Of a stretch of 39,327 nucleotides of DNA, positions 20,061 through 28,409 are shown piece after piece. Location: the NCBI GenBank assembly GCA_033696785.1, contig GCA_033696785.1_4550.1. One strand, 5' to 3'. The notes under the pieces are model-generated. The model was not told where the DNA came from. It saw only the letters and a program-made list of their open reading frames with translations, and made no database searches. The stretch comes from a phage. Position numbers and translations under genes: made by a program. The number at the start of each line of letters is the position of its first letter. The stretch's first letter is position 1.

Positions 20061-20129
20061 ACTTAAAGTCCTTGTTATTAGTCTTTCACTTAAAGTCTCT
20101 TTGGTCTTTCACTTGGAGTCTTAGACCTT

Positions 20130-20152
20130 GAGTCCTATAGTGATAGTTAAGT
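20130..20152 (-). promoter_or_regulatory. Phage RNAP promoter directly upstream of the RNAP gene
   Basis: Plus strand agtcctatagtgatagttaagt; +1 about 70 nt upstream of the RNAP start codon. Confidence 0.7.
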
Positions 20153-20157
20153 CAGAA

Positions 20158-20484
20158 TCACTTGCATATCAGTGGGTTAGCGTGAAGACGACTGAAGTCA
20201 CCATGAGTCGTGTGCTTGATGGATGACCGTTGGTCTATCGCCTTCCAGCCTGAGACCAGAAGTTTACCATCGTCAGTGATTGGTCGTCCACCATACGCCA
20301 GACACATCAGCTCGGACTTATGGCCCTCAGCCCGGAGTCTTGCTTGCAGTACCCGGTCCCTCTCCTGCTGTTGACGTGCGGAGTGACTTGACGTTCCGTG
20401 ACGATACCCGGTAGCCAGTAGGCTTAACATTTGCATGTCTGCGTCCATAGAGTGTACCAGATTAATCCCGTATGACTTGTTCAT
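20158..20484 (-). CDS. Hypothetical early protein, 108 aa
   Basis: Occupies the T7 gp0.4-0.7 region but has no kinase motifs. Confidence 0.55.
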   Translation of the reverse strand: MNKSYGINLVHSMDADMQMLSLLATGYRHGTSSHSARQQQERDRVLQARLRAEGHKSELMCLAYGGRPITDDGKLLVSGWKAIDQRSSIKHTTHGDFSRLHANPLICK

Positions 20485-20681
20485 TACAGTTTGCTCCCAA
20501 GAGTTGCTATATCCCAGACGTTCGCTAAGTTGCGCATGAATCGTCCGTTAGGTTGACGTACAGTCCAGCGGCCCAGACGTACATAGTTGAATTTGTAGAC
20601 TTTACGTGCCTTGTTGATGTCTCTCACTAGCACGTAGGCGATAAGTCCATAGCCTATGACTATCAATAGTGCAAGACTCAT
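20484..20681 (-). CDS. Small early membrane protein, 65 aa
   Basis: N-terminal hydrophobic helix (LALLIVIGYGLIAYVLV) then a basic tail. Confidence 0.5.
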   Translation of the reverse strand: MSLALLIVIGYGLIAYVLVRDINKARKVYKFNYVRLGRWTVRQPNGRFMRNLANVWDIATLGSKL

Positions 20682-20771
20682 AGTGATTTCCGTTTAATAC
20701 AGTCGTATATCCCATAGCCTATCATCCAGATAACTGGCGCTAAGCATACCCAATGTCCCACACTCATAGTT
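20682..20771 (-). CDS. Small early hydrophobic peptide, about 29 aa
   Basis: Hand-translated MSVGHWVCLAPVIWMIGYGIYDCIKRKSL with AGGAG RBS; stop overlaps the next start. Not in the ORF track. Confidence 0.3.
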
Positions 20772-20957
20772 AACTCCTATTAATGCAAGTGGTAATCTTT
20801 GAGGCCACCTATCAGTCGATGACCTCTAGTTTATCACTCGCGCAATTAGTAACCACCCGTCAGCGTTATGGTCAGGCTCTGGTGATTAGCCACGTAGCAA
20901 GCCCCGCGCCTCATCATCTCGTAGCACCCCCTCGTAAAACGCCTGCTCACTGCTATA

Positions 20958-21130
20958 AGTTATCTGGTACATGTGTACTTGTCCTCATCGTGTAAACTGT
21001 CGTGAATACGTTTGCGGCCCTCATAGACCGCCTTCAGGTGACGCATAGTCGCATCATGTTTTAACTGCCCGGTCTTGACCATAATCCGGGCGTTAGTGAC
21101 GTGGTGCTGGCAGAGACCATAAGTTACCAT
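20958..21130 (-). CDS. Small early protein, about 57 aa
   Basis: Hand-translated [22 protein letters not shown]...; start overlaps the Ocr stop (TGATGG). Not in the ORF track. Confidence 0.3.
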
Positions 21131-21462
21131 CACTCGCAGCCCTCTTCAGCCTCAAACCAGACCACATGAGAGCTATTAGACACATCGTTATACAGTGCCT
21201 CATAAATGCGAGCTTGCAGTATATGCGTCACGTCCTTGGTCTCAGGCATCATCCCAGAGTCCTCAAACTCGTGGTCAATACCATCAGCAGCCATTACCGT
21301 GAAAATCTCGTGGTAGTAGTGCGGAACCATATCGTCTACGACTTCATGCAGCGCATCTTGGTAGTCATCGCCTTCAGCTATTTCGTCGTACTGAATGCGC
21401 TCGTTAAATGCTTCAACAGTTGCAGCCAGCAGCTCATAGTATGCGTTAGCGTTACGTTTCAT
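21130..21462 (-). CDS. ocr: Ocr, DNA-mimic anti-restriction protein (T7 gp0.3 homolog)
   Basis: 110 aa, acidic, with [43 protein letters not shown] matching T7 Ocr. Confidence 0.88.
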   Translation of the reverse strand: MKRNANAYYELLAATVEAFNERIQYDEIAEGDDYQDALHEVVDDMVPHYYHEIFTVMAADGIDHEFEDSGMMPETKDVTHILQARIYEALYNDVSNSSHVVWFEAEEGCE

Positions 21463-21663
21463 TTGTATATCCTCTCAAAGTTGTTTGTGTATGTTAGTGA
21501 CTATCAGTCAGAGCCTTCAGATGTAGACTCAAAGACTCTGTAGTTAGTCGCTATCGGCGCACATTAAGAGTTTATCCAGATTGTTAAAGAGCATTCCCTT
21601 CAGTCAGAGGACTTCAGGTAGACCATTTCAGTGTTGGTCGTCACCGTTGTTTCGATGTGGTAC

Positions 21664-21693
21664 AGCTTACATCTTATAGTTACTGCTTGTCAA
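21664..21693 (-). promoter_or_regulatory. Candidate host sigma70 early promoter (T7 A2/A3-like)
   Basis: Minus strand TTGACA-N18-TAAGCT followed by GTACCACATCGAAAC, resembling the region after T7 A3. Confidence 0.45.
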
Positions 21694-21805
21694 CTACTTT
21701 CTGTCATCTGCCTGTTGTTCGTATGACTTATCAGGCTGTCTACTTAACCGGGATGACCCGGCGTCTTCACTATCCGGTTGTTGCCGTGTCGTGTTGACGG
21801 AAGCT

Positions 21806-21834
21806 ATTAAGCCATAGTCTAGACCTATAGTCAA
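21806..21834 (-). promoter_or_regulatory. Candidate host sigma70 early promoter (T7 A1-like)
   Basis: Minus strand TTGACT-N17-CTTAAT; the downstream AAGTAGACAGCCTGATAAGTC block is near-identical to T7 as recalled. Confidence 0.45.
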
Positions 21835-21944
21835 TAGGCAATCTTAAATAATATTGATTAAGCTATCGTCGGCCCCATGGTGTAAGAGGATATAGTCTTT
21901 GACTAACATGTCTTAGACCTTAAGTCTATAGCCTTGTGTCTATT

Positions 21945-22032
21945 AACTGTAGGTCTCTGACTGTAGGTAGCGGCATTACCGATGGTCGATGACTGTAGGT
22001 AGTTAGACTGTAGGTAGTTAGACTGTAGGTAG
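21945..22032. repeat. Short direct repeats (ACTGTAGGT core) in the terminal, non-coding region
   Basis: gactgtaggtag at about 21959, 21991, 22006, 22021 (last three tandem, 15-bp period), related copies at 21945, 22289, 22304, 22347. Analogous to the T7 ACCTAAAG arrays near the genome ends. Confidence 0.7.
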
Positions 22033-22487
22033 TGACTCAAGGTCTGATACAGATAGAGACTCAGAGAAGACCAATAGTCCCTACCTATCGTCCTGACCTC
22101 CAGCCATAGCCTAGACCTATCGTTTACCTAACGTCTTGACCATCGGTCCAACCTTATGATAGACTGGGGGTAGGGCCTTTGTCTGGACTGAAAGAGGGCC
22201 TATGGGGGGAGACTTGAGGTTCTTGAACTGTGAGATGTGGTCTCAAACTTTTGGTCCAAACTCATCGTCCCTGCCTTAAGGAACCAGCTACTGTAGGTCA
22301 AGGACCGTAGGTCTAAGACCATCGGATGACGACCAGTGAACCAATCAGTAGGTAGACCAGAAGTGAGAGCCTGAATGGTGTTACCTAAAGTCCTTGACTA
22401 CAGTAGCTAAGGTCAGTACGTGGATAAAGACTCACTCTACTGACCTTAGGTCTTCCGCTCATGAATCGTTACCATGATTGCGTTAAT

Positions 22488-22643
22488 TACACTGAGAGAC
22501 CAGAGAACATACGAGAGTCTCGACCCACCCGACCCACTTACTTCCAGCAGTAACGCCAGCAGCAAGTAGAACAGCAGCAAGAAACCTGTATGTAGCTCGA
22601 TTGGTCGCCAGAGCTTTAAGTACAGCTTTGGTCTTTGCCATAT
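22488..22643 (-). CDS. Small protein downstream of phiOR (gp19.5 position)
   Basis: About 51 aa hand-translated (MAKTKAVLKALATNRATYRFLAAVLLAAGV...) with GGAGGT RBS. Not in the ORF track. Confidence 0.35.
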
Positions 22644-22820
22644 GCTACATACCTCCTGTATCTATGGTCTTTACTATCTGTATTGGAGGGATTATGATTA
22701 ATATCACCCTCCTTCCATCGGTGCAAGCCTTAGGTAAGAACTCGGAGTCTACCTCCTAAGGTCTTGCATAAAGTCTGCATATGTATATTCACTACAGTAA
22801 TACTATAAGTAACCGGGGGT

Positions 22821-22843
22821 CTTCCCTATAGTGATAGTTAAGT
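22821..22843 (-). promoter_or_regulatory. Phage RNAP promoter (phiOR equivalent)
   Basis: Plus strand cttccctatagtgatagttaagt, about 95 nt past the terminase stop, firing toward the genome end. Confidence 0.8.
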
Positions 22844-22937
22844 CCAAACTCCTTGTAAAACAGTAGGTTAGGCTGGTAGTAACTATAGGTTACTAACTGC
22901 GTATTCATGCAGCTTTCACCTATAGTTATTCATTCAG

Positions 22938-24701
22938 CTAGTGGAACGTAACGTAGGACCCTAGCCCTAGCTCGTCGTCCGTATCATGAGTTACCCGGAC
23001 CCCATTGTCCCAGAACTCAGTGTGGATGGACTCGAAGCCTTTACGTGGGTTCTCCATCTGTTCCTCCAGCCACTCCTCAGTGACTTCACGTTCGCCTTTG
23101 TTGGCATCCTTAGCCATAGACTCAACGAAGAACTGTACACCGATAGCCAGCGCATCAAGTCGGTCATCGTGTGCCAAGGCTCCACGTTCGCGAGAGATAC
23201 GGGTCATCTGATAGAAGAGAGAGTAGATAGGGTTACGCACACCATCCTTGTCAGAGGCTGTCTGGTAGTCTTGGACGATAGCAGCAGCGTTAACGATAAG
23301 TCGGTGAGACCCCATGATAGGCTCCAGAACGTCACAGATGCGGAGTTCTTTCTGACCCTTACTCTTCACTTCAGTTACAGCAGCAGGATGGATACGGGCC
23401 GCTACAGGCTTGAATAGCTCAAGGTACATACCATCACCGAAGTTACCCTCAATGACGTATTCGTTTACCTTCCACTTACGACCAATCTTAGCCAATGCTT
23501 CCAGCGTAGAGTCTTCATAGCCACCTCGCATACCACCAACTTCCATAGCGAAGATGTAGCCGTTGAGCTGATACAGTACCGCATAGCCAGTTTCATCCTT
23601 ACCACGACCACTAGGGTCAATGACCAGAATCTTCTGGGTGTACGAACTGAAGGCAGAACCTACAGTCTGATACGTGTGGTATGAGTCACCCATGAGTCCA
23701 ACGTTAGGAACGTCCTCACGCTTGTTCTGAGGGTTTGGCAACCATTGGTAGACCATTGGGCTGGACGCTGGGTCCAAGTCGGCTACGATAAGGTCGCGGA
23801 GCTTCAGAGGGTACTTCTCAGCATCACTCAGGTTAGGGTTAAGCATGAACTGTAGAGCGAAGCCAGCTTTACCGTATGACAGCTCACGTTCCTTCAGGTC
23901 CGTATCATCGAATCGCACTTCATCGGTCGGACGCCAGTAGAAGGACTCAGGGTCCTCTTCCAGTTCTGCCTGAAGCATAGGCGCCAGACGGCCACCGTAA
24001 GACTGCCAGTCCTTCTTATCACGTGGATAACGAGCAGGCCAGATAGTAGTTGTGTACCCACGGCCTTCCAGCTCACGATACAGGGTCATCTCGTTCTGAG
24101 GAGTACCCAGATAGATGATTGTACCTCCCGGCTTCAGAATAGCGTCGAACTCTTTCACAAGCTCTGACAGACGGTCTCGTGCAGCCTGAGTCGCTGAGTT
24201 GTTTGGAACCTCCACGTCATCGGCAATCAGGATGTCAGCACGACTACCAGTCAACTGACCAGTGATACCAACAGACTTAACCGAAGGTGAGTGGTCTGGT
24301 TTGGCTGGTCCAACATCAAAGCTGATAACCGCATCTCGCTGCCCCTGCTTAGGTTTGAGTTCCTGAAGCTGAGGCATGAGGTCGATGATTCGCTTGATGA
24401 AGATGGAGTTAGCATCGGCTCGTTCCTTTGATGCCGACACAATCATGAACTTCAAGTCTGGGTTGTTCCATAGCTTCCAGACAACGAAGGCACACGTAAT
24501 GAAGGACTTCCCGATACCACGGAACGCCTGTAGGATGAAGCGCCTGTTGTCCCCAGCCGATAGTTTCTTCGCCATGTCAATCTGACAGCGAGTCGGGACT
24601 GGGAGTGACAGAGCTTTCCACAGGACGAACAGGAAGAACACGAAGTCTTCCTTCATACGTGTAGTCATTAGCGCCTGACGCGCCACTAAGTCTTTACTCA
24701 A
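22938..24701 (-). CDS. Terminase large subunit (T7 gp19 homolog)
   Basis: 587 aa with ATPase Walker A region (GIGKSF), DEAD-like ILIADDVE and a C-terminal nuclease domain. Confidence 0.97.
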   Translation of the reverse strand: MSKDLVARQALMTTRMKEDFVFFLFVLWKALSLPVPTRCQIDMAKKLSAGDNRRFILQAFRGIGKSFITCAFVVWKLWNNPDLKFMIVSASKERADANSIFIKRIIDLMPQLQELKPKQGQRDAVISFDVGPAKPDHSPSVKSVGITGQLTGSRADILIADDVEVPNNSATQAARDRLSELVKEFDAILKPGGTIIYLGTPQNEMTLYRELEGRGYTTTIWPARYPRDKKDWQSYGGRLAPMLQAELEEDPESFYWRPTDEVRFDDTDLKERELSYGKAGFALQFMLNPNLSDAEKYPLKLRDLIVADLDPASSPMVYQWLPNPQNKREDVPNVGLMGDSYHTYQTVGSAFSSYTQKILVIDPSGRGKDETGYAVLYQLNGYIFAMEVGGMRGGYEDSTLEALAKIGRKWKVNEYVIEGNFGDGMYLELFKPVAARIHPAAVTEVKSKGQKELRICDVLEPIMGSHRLIVNAAAIVQDYQTASDKDGVRNPIYSLFYQMTRISRERGALAHDDRLDALAIGVQFFVESMAKDANKGEREVTEEWLEEQMENPRKGFESIHTEFWDNGVRVTHDTDDELGLGSYVTFH

Positions 24702-25147
24702 TGCTTCACCTCCTTATCTTGCTGCAAGGCTCTCACAGTGTCCTGAAGGGCCGTAATCCACTTATCTCCTTTCAGTCCGATGGCGATAAGACGTTTAGCA
24801 TCTCGTTCGTCAAGTTCGGCGTAACCATCAATGACGCATCGACCGTCACTTTGCGTGGTTCCACTCGTAGGTTTGACTCGGATGCGCAACCGCTTATTGT
24901 CAGACTGAAGATCAGCAATAATCCTGTCAGTGCTGCCTTCCAGCGAGGACATCTCGTCCTGAAACCGTTTGGACACCTTGTTGACTTCAGCTTGGACAGC
25001 AAGCCTTGTATCCTCCGATGCCTTAAGATTCGAGGTGTATTCTGCATTGACCTTAGCCTCCCATTTATTGTTAGCGGTGTGGTAGCCACCAGCAAACATC
25101 AATGCTGCAAGTAACCACGGAGCCGCTCTCTTTAAAAATTCGAGCAT
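24698..25147 (-). CDS. i-spanin (T7 gp18.5 / Rz-like)
   Basis: 149 aa with N-terminal TM helix and [24 protein letters not shown] matching T7 gp18.5. Confidence 0.88.
   Translation of the reverse strand: MLEFLKRAAPWLLAALMFAGGYHTANNKWEAKVNAEYTSNLKASEDTRLAVQAEVNKVSKRFQDEMSSLEGSTDRIIADLQSDNKRLRIRVKPTSGTTQSDGRCVIDGYAELDERDAKRLIAIGLKGDKWITALQDTVRALQQDKEVKH
24772..25095 (-). CDS. o-spanin lipoprotein (T7 gp18.7 / Rz1-like), embedded in the i-spanin gene
   Basis: Contains [25 protein letters not shown] (signal peptide plus lipobox Cys) and [14 protein letters not shown], as in T7 gp18.7. Real start is probably internal to the track ORF. Confidence 0.7.
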   Translation of the reverse strand: MLVATTPLTINGRLRSMQNTPRILRHRRIQGLLSKLKSTRCPNGFRTRCPRWKAALTGLLLIFSLTISGCASESNLRVEPRKVTVDASLMVTPNLTNEMLNVLSPSD

Positions 25148-25210
25148 AGTTGCCCTCCCGGTTTATCAGATTTAACGTAGAGTCTCCTCCACTAGTTAGT
25201 GTTAGACATA

Positions 25211-25242
25211 AAGGCCACTACATATAGTAATGACCTTGAGTC
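25211..25242 (-). promoter_or_regulatory. Candidate RNase III processing hairpin (R18.5 equivalent)
   Basis: AAGGCCACTACATATAGTAATGACCTTGAGTC between the small terminase and spanin genes; no promoter core here. Confidence 0.4.
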
Positions 25243-25257
25243 TAACACTTAAGAGAT

Positions 25258-25521
25258 TTACTGCACTCCATATCCAGTGTCATTATCCTCCGTAGCGGAG
25301 AGCACCTTATCGTACTCTGCGTTCAGGGCCTCCATATCAGCGAGCGTCTTCTCGTCAACAGACACCTTGCTTAGCACGAAGTTGTGACGAGCCAGTAGCT
25401 TCTCAATGGCGTTGTAAAGCTGAGGTGAACGCTTAGAGTCATCCCGCAGGTCTTGCAGCATGAGTCGAGCACGTTCAGTATCTAGCATTAAGAGGAACTT
25501 CTCTAAGTCCATCTGCGTCAT
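25258..25521 (-). CDS. Terminase small subunit (T7 gp18 homolog)
   Basis: 87 aa with FLLMLDT and RSPQLYNAIEKLLARHNF matching T7 gp18. Confidence 0.88.
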   Translation of the reverse strand: MTQMDLEKFLLMLDTERARLMLQDLRDDSKRSPQLYNAIEKLLARHNFVLSKVSVDEKTLADMEALNAEYDKVLSATEDNDTGYGVQ

Positions 25522-25712
25522 GTTTTACCACCTCCTTTAATCGTTTTGTAGACTAGCACACCAATCTGGACAACGGTGTACGCGATAGCTGCAACGTAGA
25601 ACCATTCGTTCAGTGTGAGTCCGAAGAAGAACCTACTGGCACCATCAGCCGCAGCGGTCCCGACGATAGGAGAGGCTTTAAGGACTTCATTCTTGAAGTC
25701 TAACTCAATCAT
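25518..25712 (-). CDS. Class II holin (T7 gp17.5 homolog)
   Basis: 64 aa with IELDFKNEVLKASPIVGT and NEWFYVAAIAYTVVQIG, near-identical to T7 gp17.5. Confidence 0.88.
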   Translation of the reverse strand: MIELDFKNEVLKASPIVGTAAADGASRFFFGLTLNEWFYVAAIAYTVVQIGVLVYKTIKGGGKT

Positions 25713-25754
25713 AAAACCTCCAGTTTAAAGCGGGTCGTCCGTGACCCAAGGTTA

Positions 25755-28337
25755 TTACCTAAGCGCAATCCGCACACGCTTAATCACCACATCTCCCCCA
25801 AATGTACTAGGAGATGAATACCCGAACTTAATCTTAGACAGGAGCTCAGATAATAGGCTGGTAATCGCGTGGGTGTTGGTGTTCCCAATCTTGAAGCCAT
25901 CCACAGTACGGAGAGCTGCAACCTTGGCCTTTAAGTCCACATCATGGATTAACGTGTAGTCTCGACCAGCAGTCATAGGGAAAGACGCTGAGGACGTTAA
26001 GTCCGTTGCTTGACCTGAGCTGGAAGTCGTGGCTCGAAGCTGTAGACCTGCCGTCACCTGATACATAGAGCGGTCCCCTGTAGTGGCCTCACCGAGGGAT
26101 AAGACGTGCGCAGCTCCAGACGGTGCATACATCTCAATCTCTACAGTCAGACGCTTGAAGGACAGCCCCGGTTCCATGTAGTCTGCCATGTCGATATACG
26201 CCCGGTTGTTTGACCCGAAGCGCGCCCCTATAACCACGTTCTCAGAGTCCCGCACATATTCTATTGCACCGTTGATGAAGGTCAGCTTGGTGAACAGGTT
26301 GTATACGCCTCCAGATTTTGGACTCAACTTGTTGGACACCGCAAGTGTGCCAGACCTGAAGTCGGCCTCGATGTCGAACTTGAGGGGCTCTGGACCTGCT
26401 GAGTTGAACCAGTAGTCCAATGGCGGTGGATAGATTCTGGAGCTGGCCTTAGCAGTAGGGTGATTAAGACCGTTACCGCCGTCTATACTCGTACTGTAGA
26501 TGTCGTAATCCGTGAGAGACGCAGCTACCGGAACCTCTAATCCAGCCATGATGTCCACCCTAATCTGGCCTGTGCCTCCAATCCTCGGAGTGAACTTACC
26601 ACCGAAACGGATAATGTTTCCAGAAAATATAGGCTTTGTGTTCTTCCCAATGAACACCGTCAGTACATCACCATTAAGGGACATATGAATCTCTTGGTCG
26701 ACCACTGGCGCTGGTCCATCTCCTAACACGTTAAGCGTCATCCCCAGAGATGTCCCAGTGTAGTGCTGTAAACGCCACTTCCCTAACGCGCTTTTATATG
26801 AAAGGGTGACGAAGTTGTTCGTTAAAGACGATAGGTACATCTGGATGCCATTAACAAGGACAGCAGGGTCCACTACAGTGAGTCGTACCGAGTAGCACGG
26901 AACTTTCGACGTATAGGTATACGGGAGGTCTACCAGAGTCGATATTGTGGAGCGACGGAAGCTAAATACGCAGGGGTCTACCCCATCACGCAGAGACTTA
27001 AAGTGGCGATGGATGTCTATGAAGCTATACCCCGCAAACTTAGCATACGAACGGGTCCATCCAGCAATAGCGTCGCGTCCAGACTGTTGTTCCTCTGTGG
27101 CAGTGGCCGGGTTAACGGTAGACGGTAAGATGTTCGTGCAGAACACCAGCTCAGGTTCACTAGAGATAGACCGAAGTTCTTCGACCATCTTGTAGAACAC
27201 TGGCTGCTGGAAGTTACCTACGTCCCATCCCGGACCATCGTTCATGCCGAACGCGATGAAGATTACATCAGGCTTGGCCTCTTCGATATACGACATCCAG
27301 CGACGTGATCTATCAGTGAACCACGGGTATCCATCGCCAAGTCTTGCAGGCGGCTCATCACGGCCTAAGTCATAATATCGCATCCCGCCGATGGCTCGGT
27401 TGATAAACTCTGCCGACGGATTAGTCTCGTGGACCTTGCGTCGAAGATATGACTCAAATAGGGACGTGATGTTTGCGGTGTCGATGTTGTAGAAGCTGCT
27501 CAGTGAGTCCCCAACCAGAAGGACACGACAACCATGAGTCGCTAATCTGGCCTTAGCCTTAGCTGTAGCCGTACCGAAGGACATCGGAGAGTCTTCTGCG
27601 TGAAGTGACTCAGCTAGGGTCTGACCAGTGGCTGTTCCAATTCGCCCAGCACCAGAGGTCTGACCGAGGTCACTACGGAGACTAGCGTCGGCAACATTAA
27701 CCCACTTACCAGCGCCGACCCCACCAGCGGTTGCTGGAGTCGAACCGGGAGCAACTACCTTAGGTACAGCCCCATCCCAGCGGTAATAACTGAGGTCGGC
27801 ATCATTCCAGAGAACCTCGTTCCACTCTTTGATTGTGTACCCTAATGTGAAGGATCCAACGGGCGGACGAACCGTTACATAACCACCCACGCCCATGTTT
27901 CGAATCTTCTCAGCGAGACGTGCGGCCTCATTCTCAGAAGCCTTGGCTTGGTTAGCAGACGTCAGGGCTGAGTCAGCATATTCCTTCGCAAGGTCTGCTG
28001 TCTGGTCGCGGCCCTCTTCAGCGATGTGGATTGCCTGAAGTTCTGCGTTGGTCAGGTCACTTGCGGTCAGTACCGAACCATCACGAAAAGCAACCACTAA
28101 GTCTGTTGCCGTCTGCCTACGAACCTGAACAACGTCAAATCCAGTCTGAGACACTAAGACCTCTATGGTCGTCGGGTTCAGGAACCTATAGTCTTTATTT
28201 GGAGTCAGAACCTTATTAAGGGCCTGATTACTAGTACGTACTAGGGTGACTACCACAAAGGACCGAGACAAGTAGTCAAACGGTATCTTGAACTGAGTTG
28301 GCCCTGACGGGTAGTTATTAATCGTAATCTTAGCCAT
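25755..28337 (-). CDS. Tail fiber protein (T7 gp17 N-terminal adaptor fused to an SGNH/GDSL hydrolase-like domain and C-terminal beta-rich region)
   Basis: 860 aa; first ~150 aa match the T7 gp17 attachment domain (KIPFDYLSRSFVVVTL, YRF, LTASDL, IHIAEEGRD). Residues about 270-450 carry RVLLVGDSLSS, IFIAFGMNDGP and FIDIHRHF. Confidence 0.9.
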   Translation of the reverse strand: MAKITINNYPSGPTQFKIPFDYLSRSFVVVTLVRTSNQALNKVLTPNKDYRFLNPTTIEVLVSQTGFDVVQVRRQTATDLVVAFRDGSVLTASDLTNAELQAIHIAEEGRDQTADLAKEYADSALTSANQAKASENEAARLAEKIRNMGVGGYVTVRPPVGSFTLGYTIKEWNEVLWNDADLSYYRWDGAVPKVVAPGSTPATAGGVGAGKWVNVADASLRSDLGQTSGAGRIGTATGQTLAESLHAEDSPMSFGTATAKAKARLATHGCRVLLVGDSLSSFYNIDTANITSLFESYLRRKVHETNPSAEFINRAIGGMRYYDLGRDEPPARLGDGYPWFTDRSRRWMSYIEEAKPDVIFIAFGMNDGPGWDVGNFQQPVFYKMVEELRSISSEPELVFCTNILPSTVNPATATEEQQSGRDAIAGWTRSYAKFAGYSFIDIHRHFKSLRDGVDPCVFSFRRSTISTLVDLPYTYTSKVPCYSVRLTVVDPAVLVNGIQMYLSSLTNNFVTLSYKSALGKWRLQHYTGTSLGMTLNVLGDGPAPVVDQEIHMSLNGDVLTVFIGKNTKPIFSGNIIRFGGKFTPRIGGTGQIRVDIMAGLEVPVAASLTDYDIYSTSIDGGNGLNHPTAKASSRIYPPPLDYWFNSAGPEPLKFDIEADFRSGTLAVSNKLSPKSGGVYNLFTKLTFINGAIEYVRDSENVVIGARFGSNNRAYIDMADYMEPGLSFKRLTVEIEMYAPSGAAHVLSLGEATTGDRSMYQVTAGLQLRATTSSSGQATDLTSSASFPMTAGRDYTLIHDVDLKAKVAALRTVDGFKIGNTNTHAITSLLSELLSKIKFGYSSPSTFGGDVVIKRVRIALR

Positions 28338-28386
28338 TAGGCCTCCTTAAGTGTTTTAATTAAAGGGAGACCTCTGTAGCGCCTCC

Positions 28387-28409
28387 CGTTTCCTATAGTG
28401 ATAGTTTAG
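28387..28409 (-). promoter_or_regulatory. Phage RNAP promoter (phi17 equivalent)
   Basis: Plus strand tttcctatagtgatagtttagtc, overlapping the gp16 stop. Confidence 0.85.

Noticed and set aside
21959-22032. Tandem short repeats considered as a possible CRISPR array
   Set aside because: Repeat unit is only about 12 bp with 3-nt gaps, four copies, no Cas genes; fits T7-type terminal short-repeat arrays instead.
22680-22745. Plus-strand 21-codon ORF with GGAGGG RBS in the terminal region
   Set aside because: Wrong strand for this genome; the RBS-like sequence is one arm of an inverted repeat (GGAGGG...CCCTCC), more likely structural.
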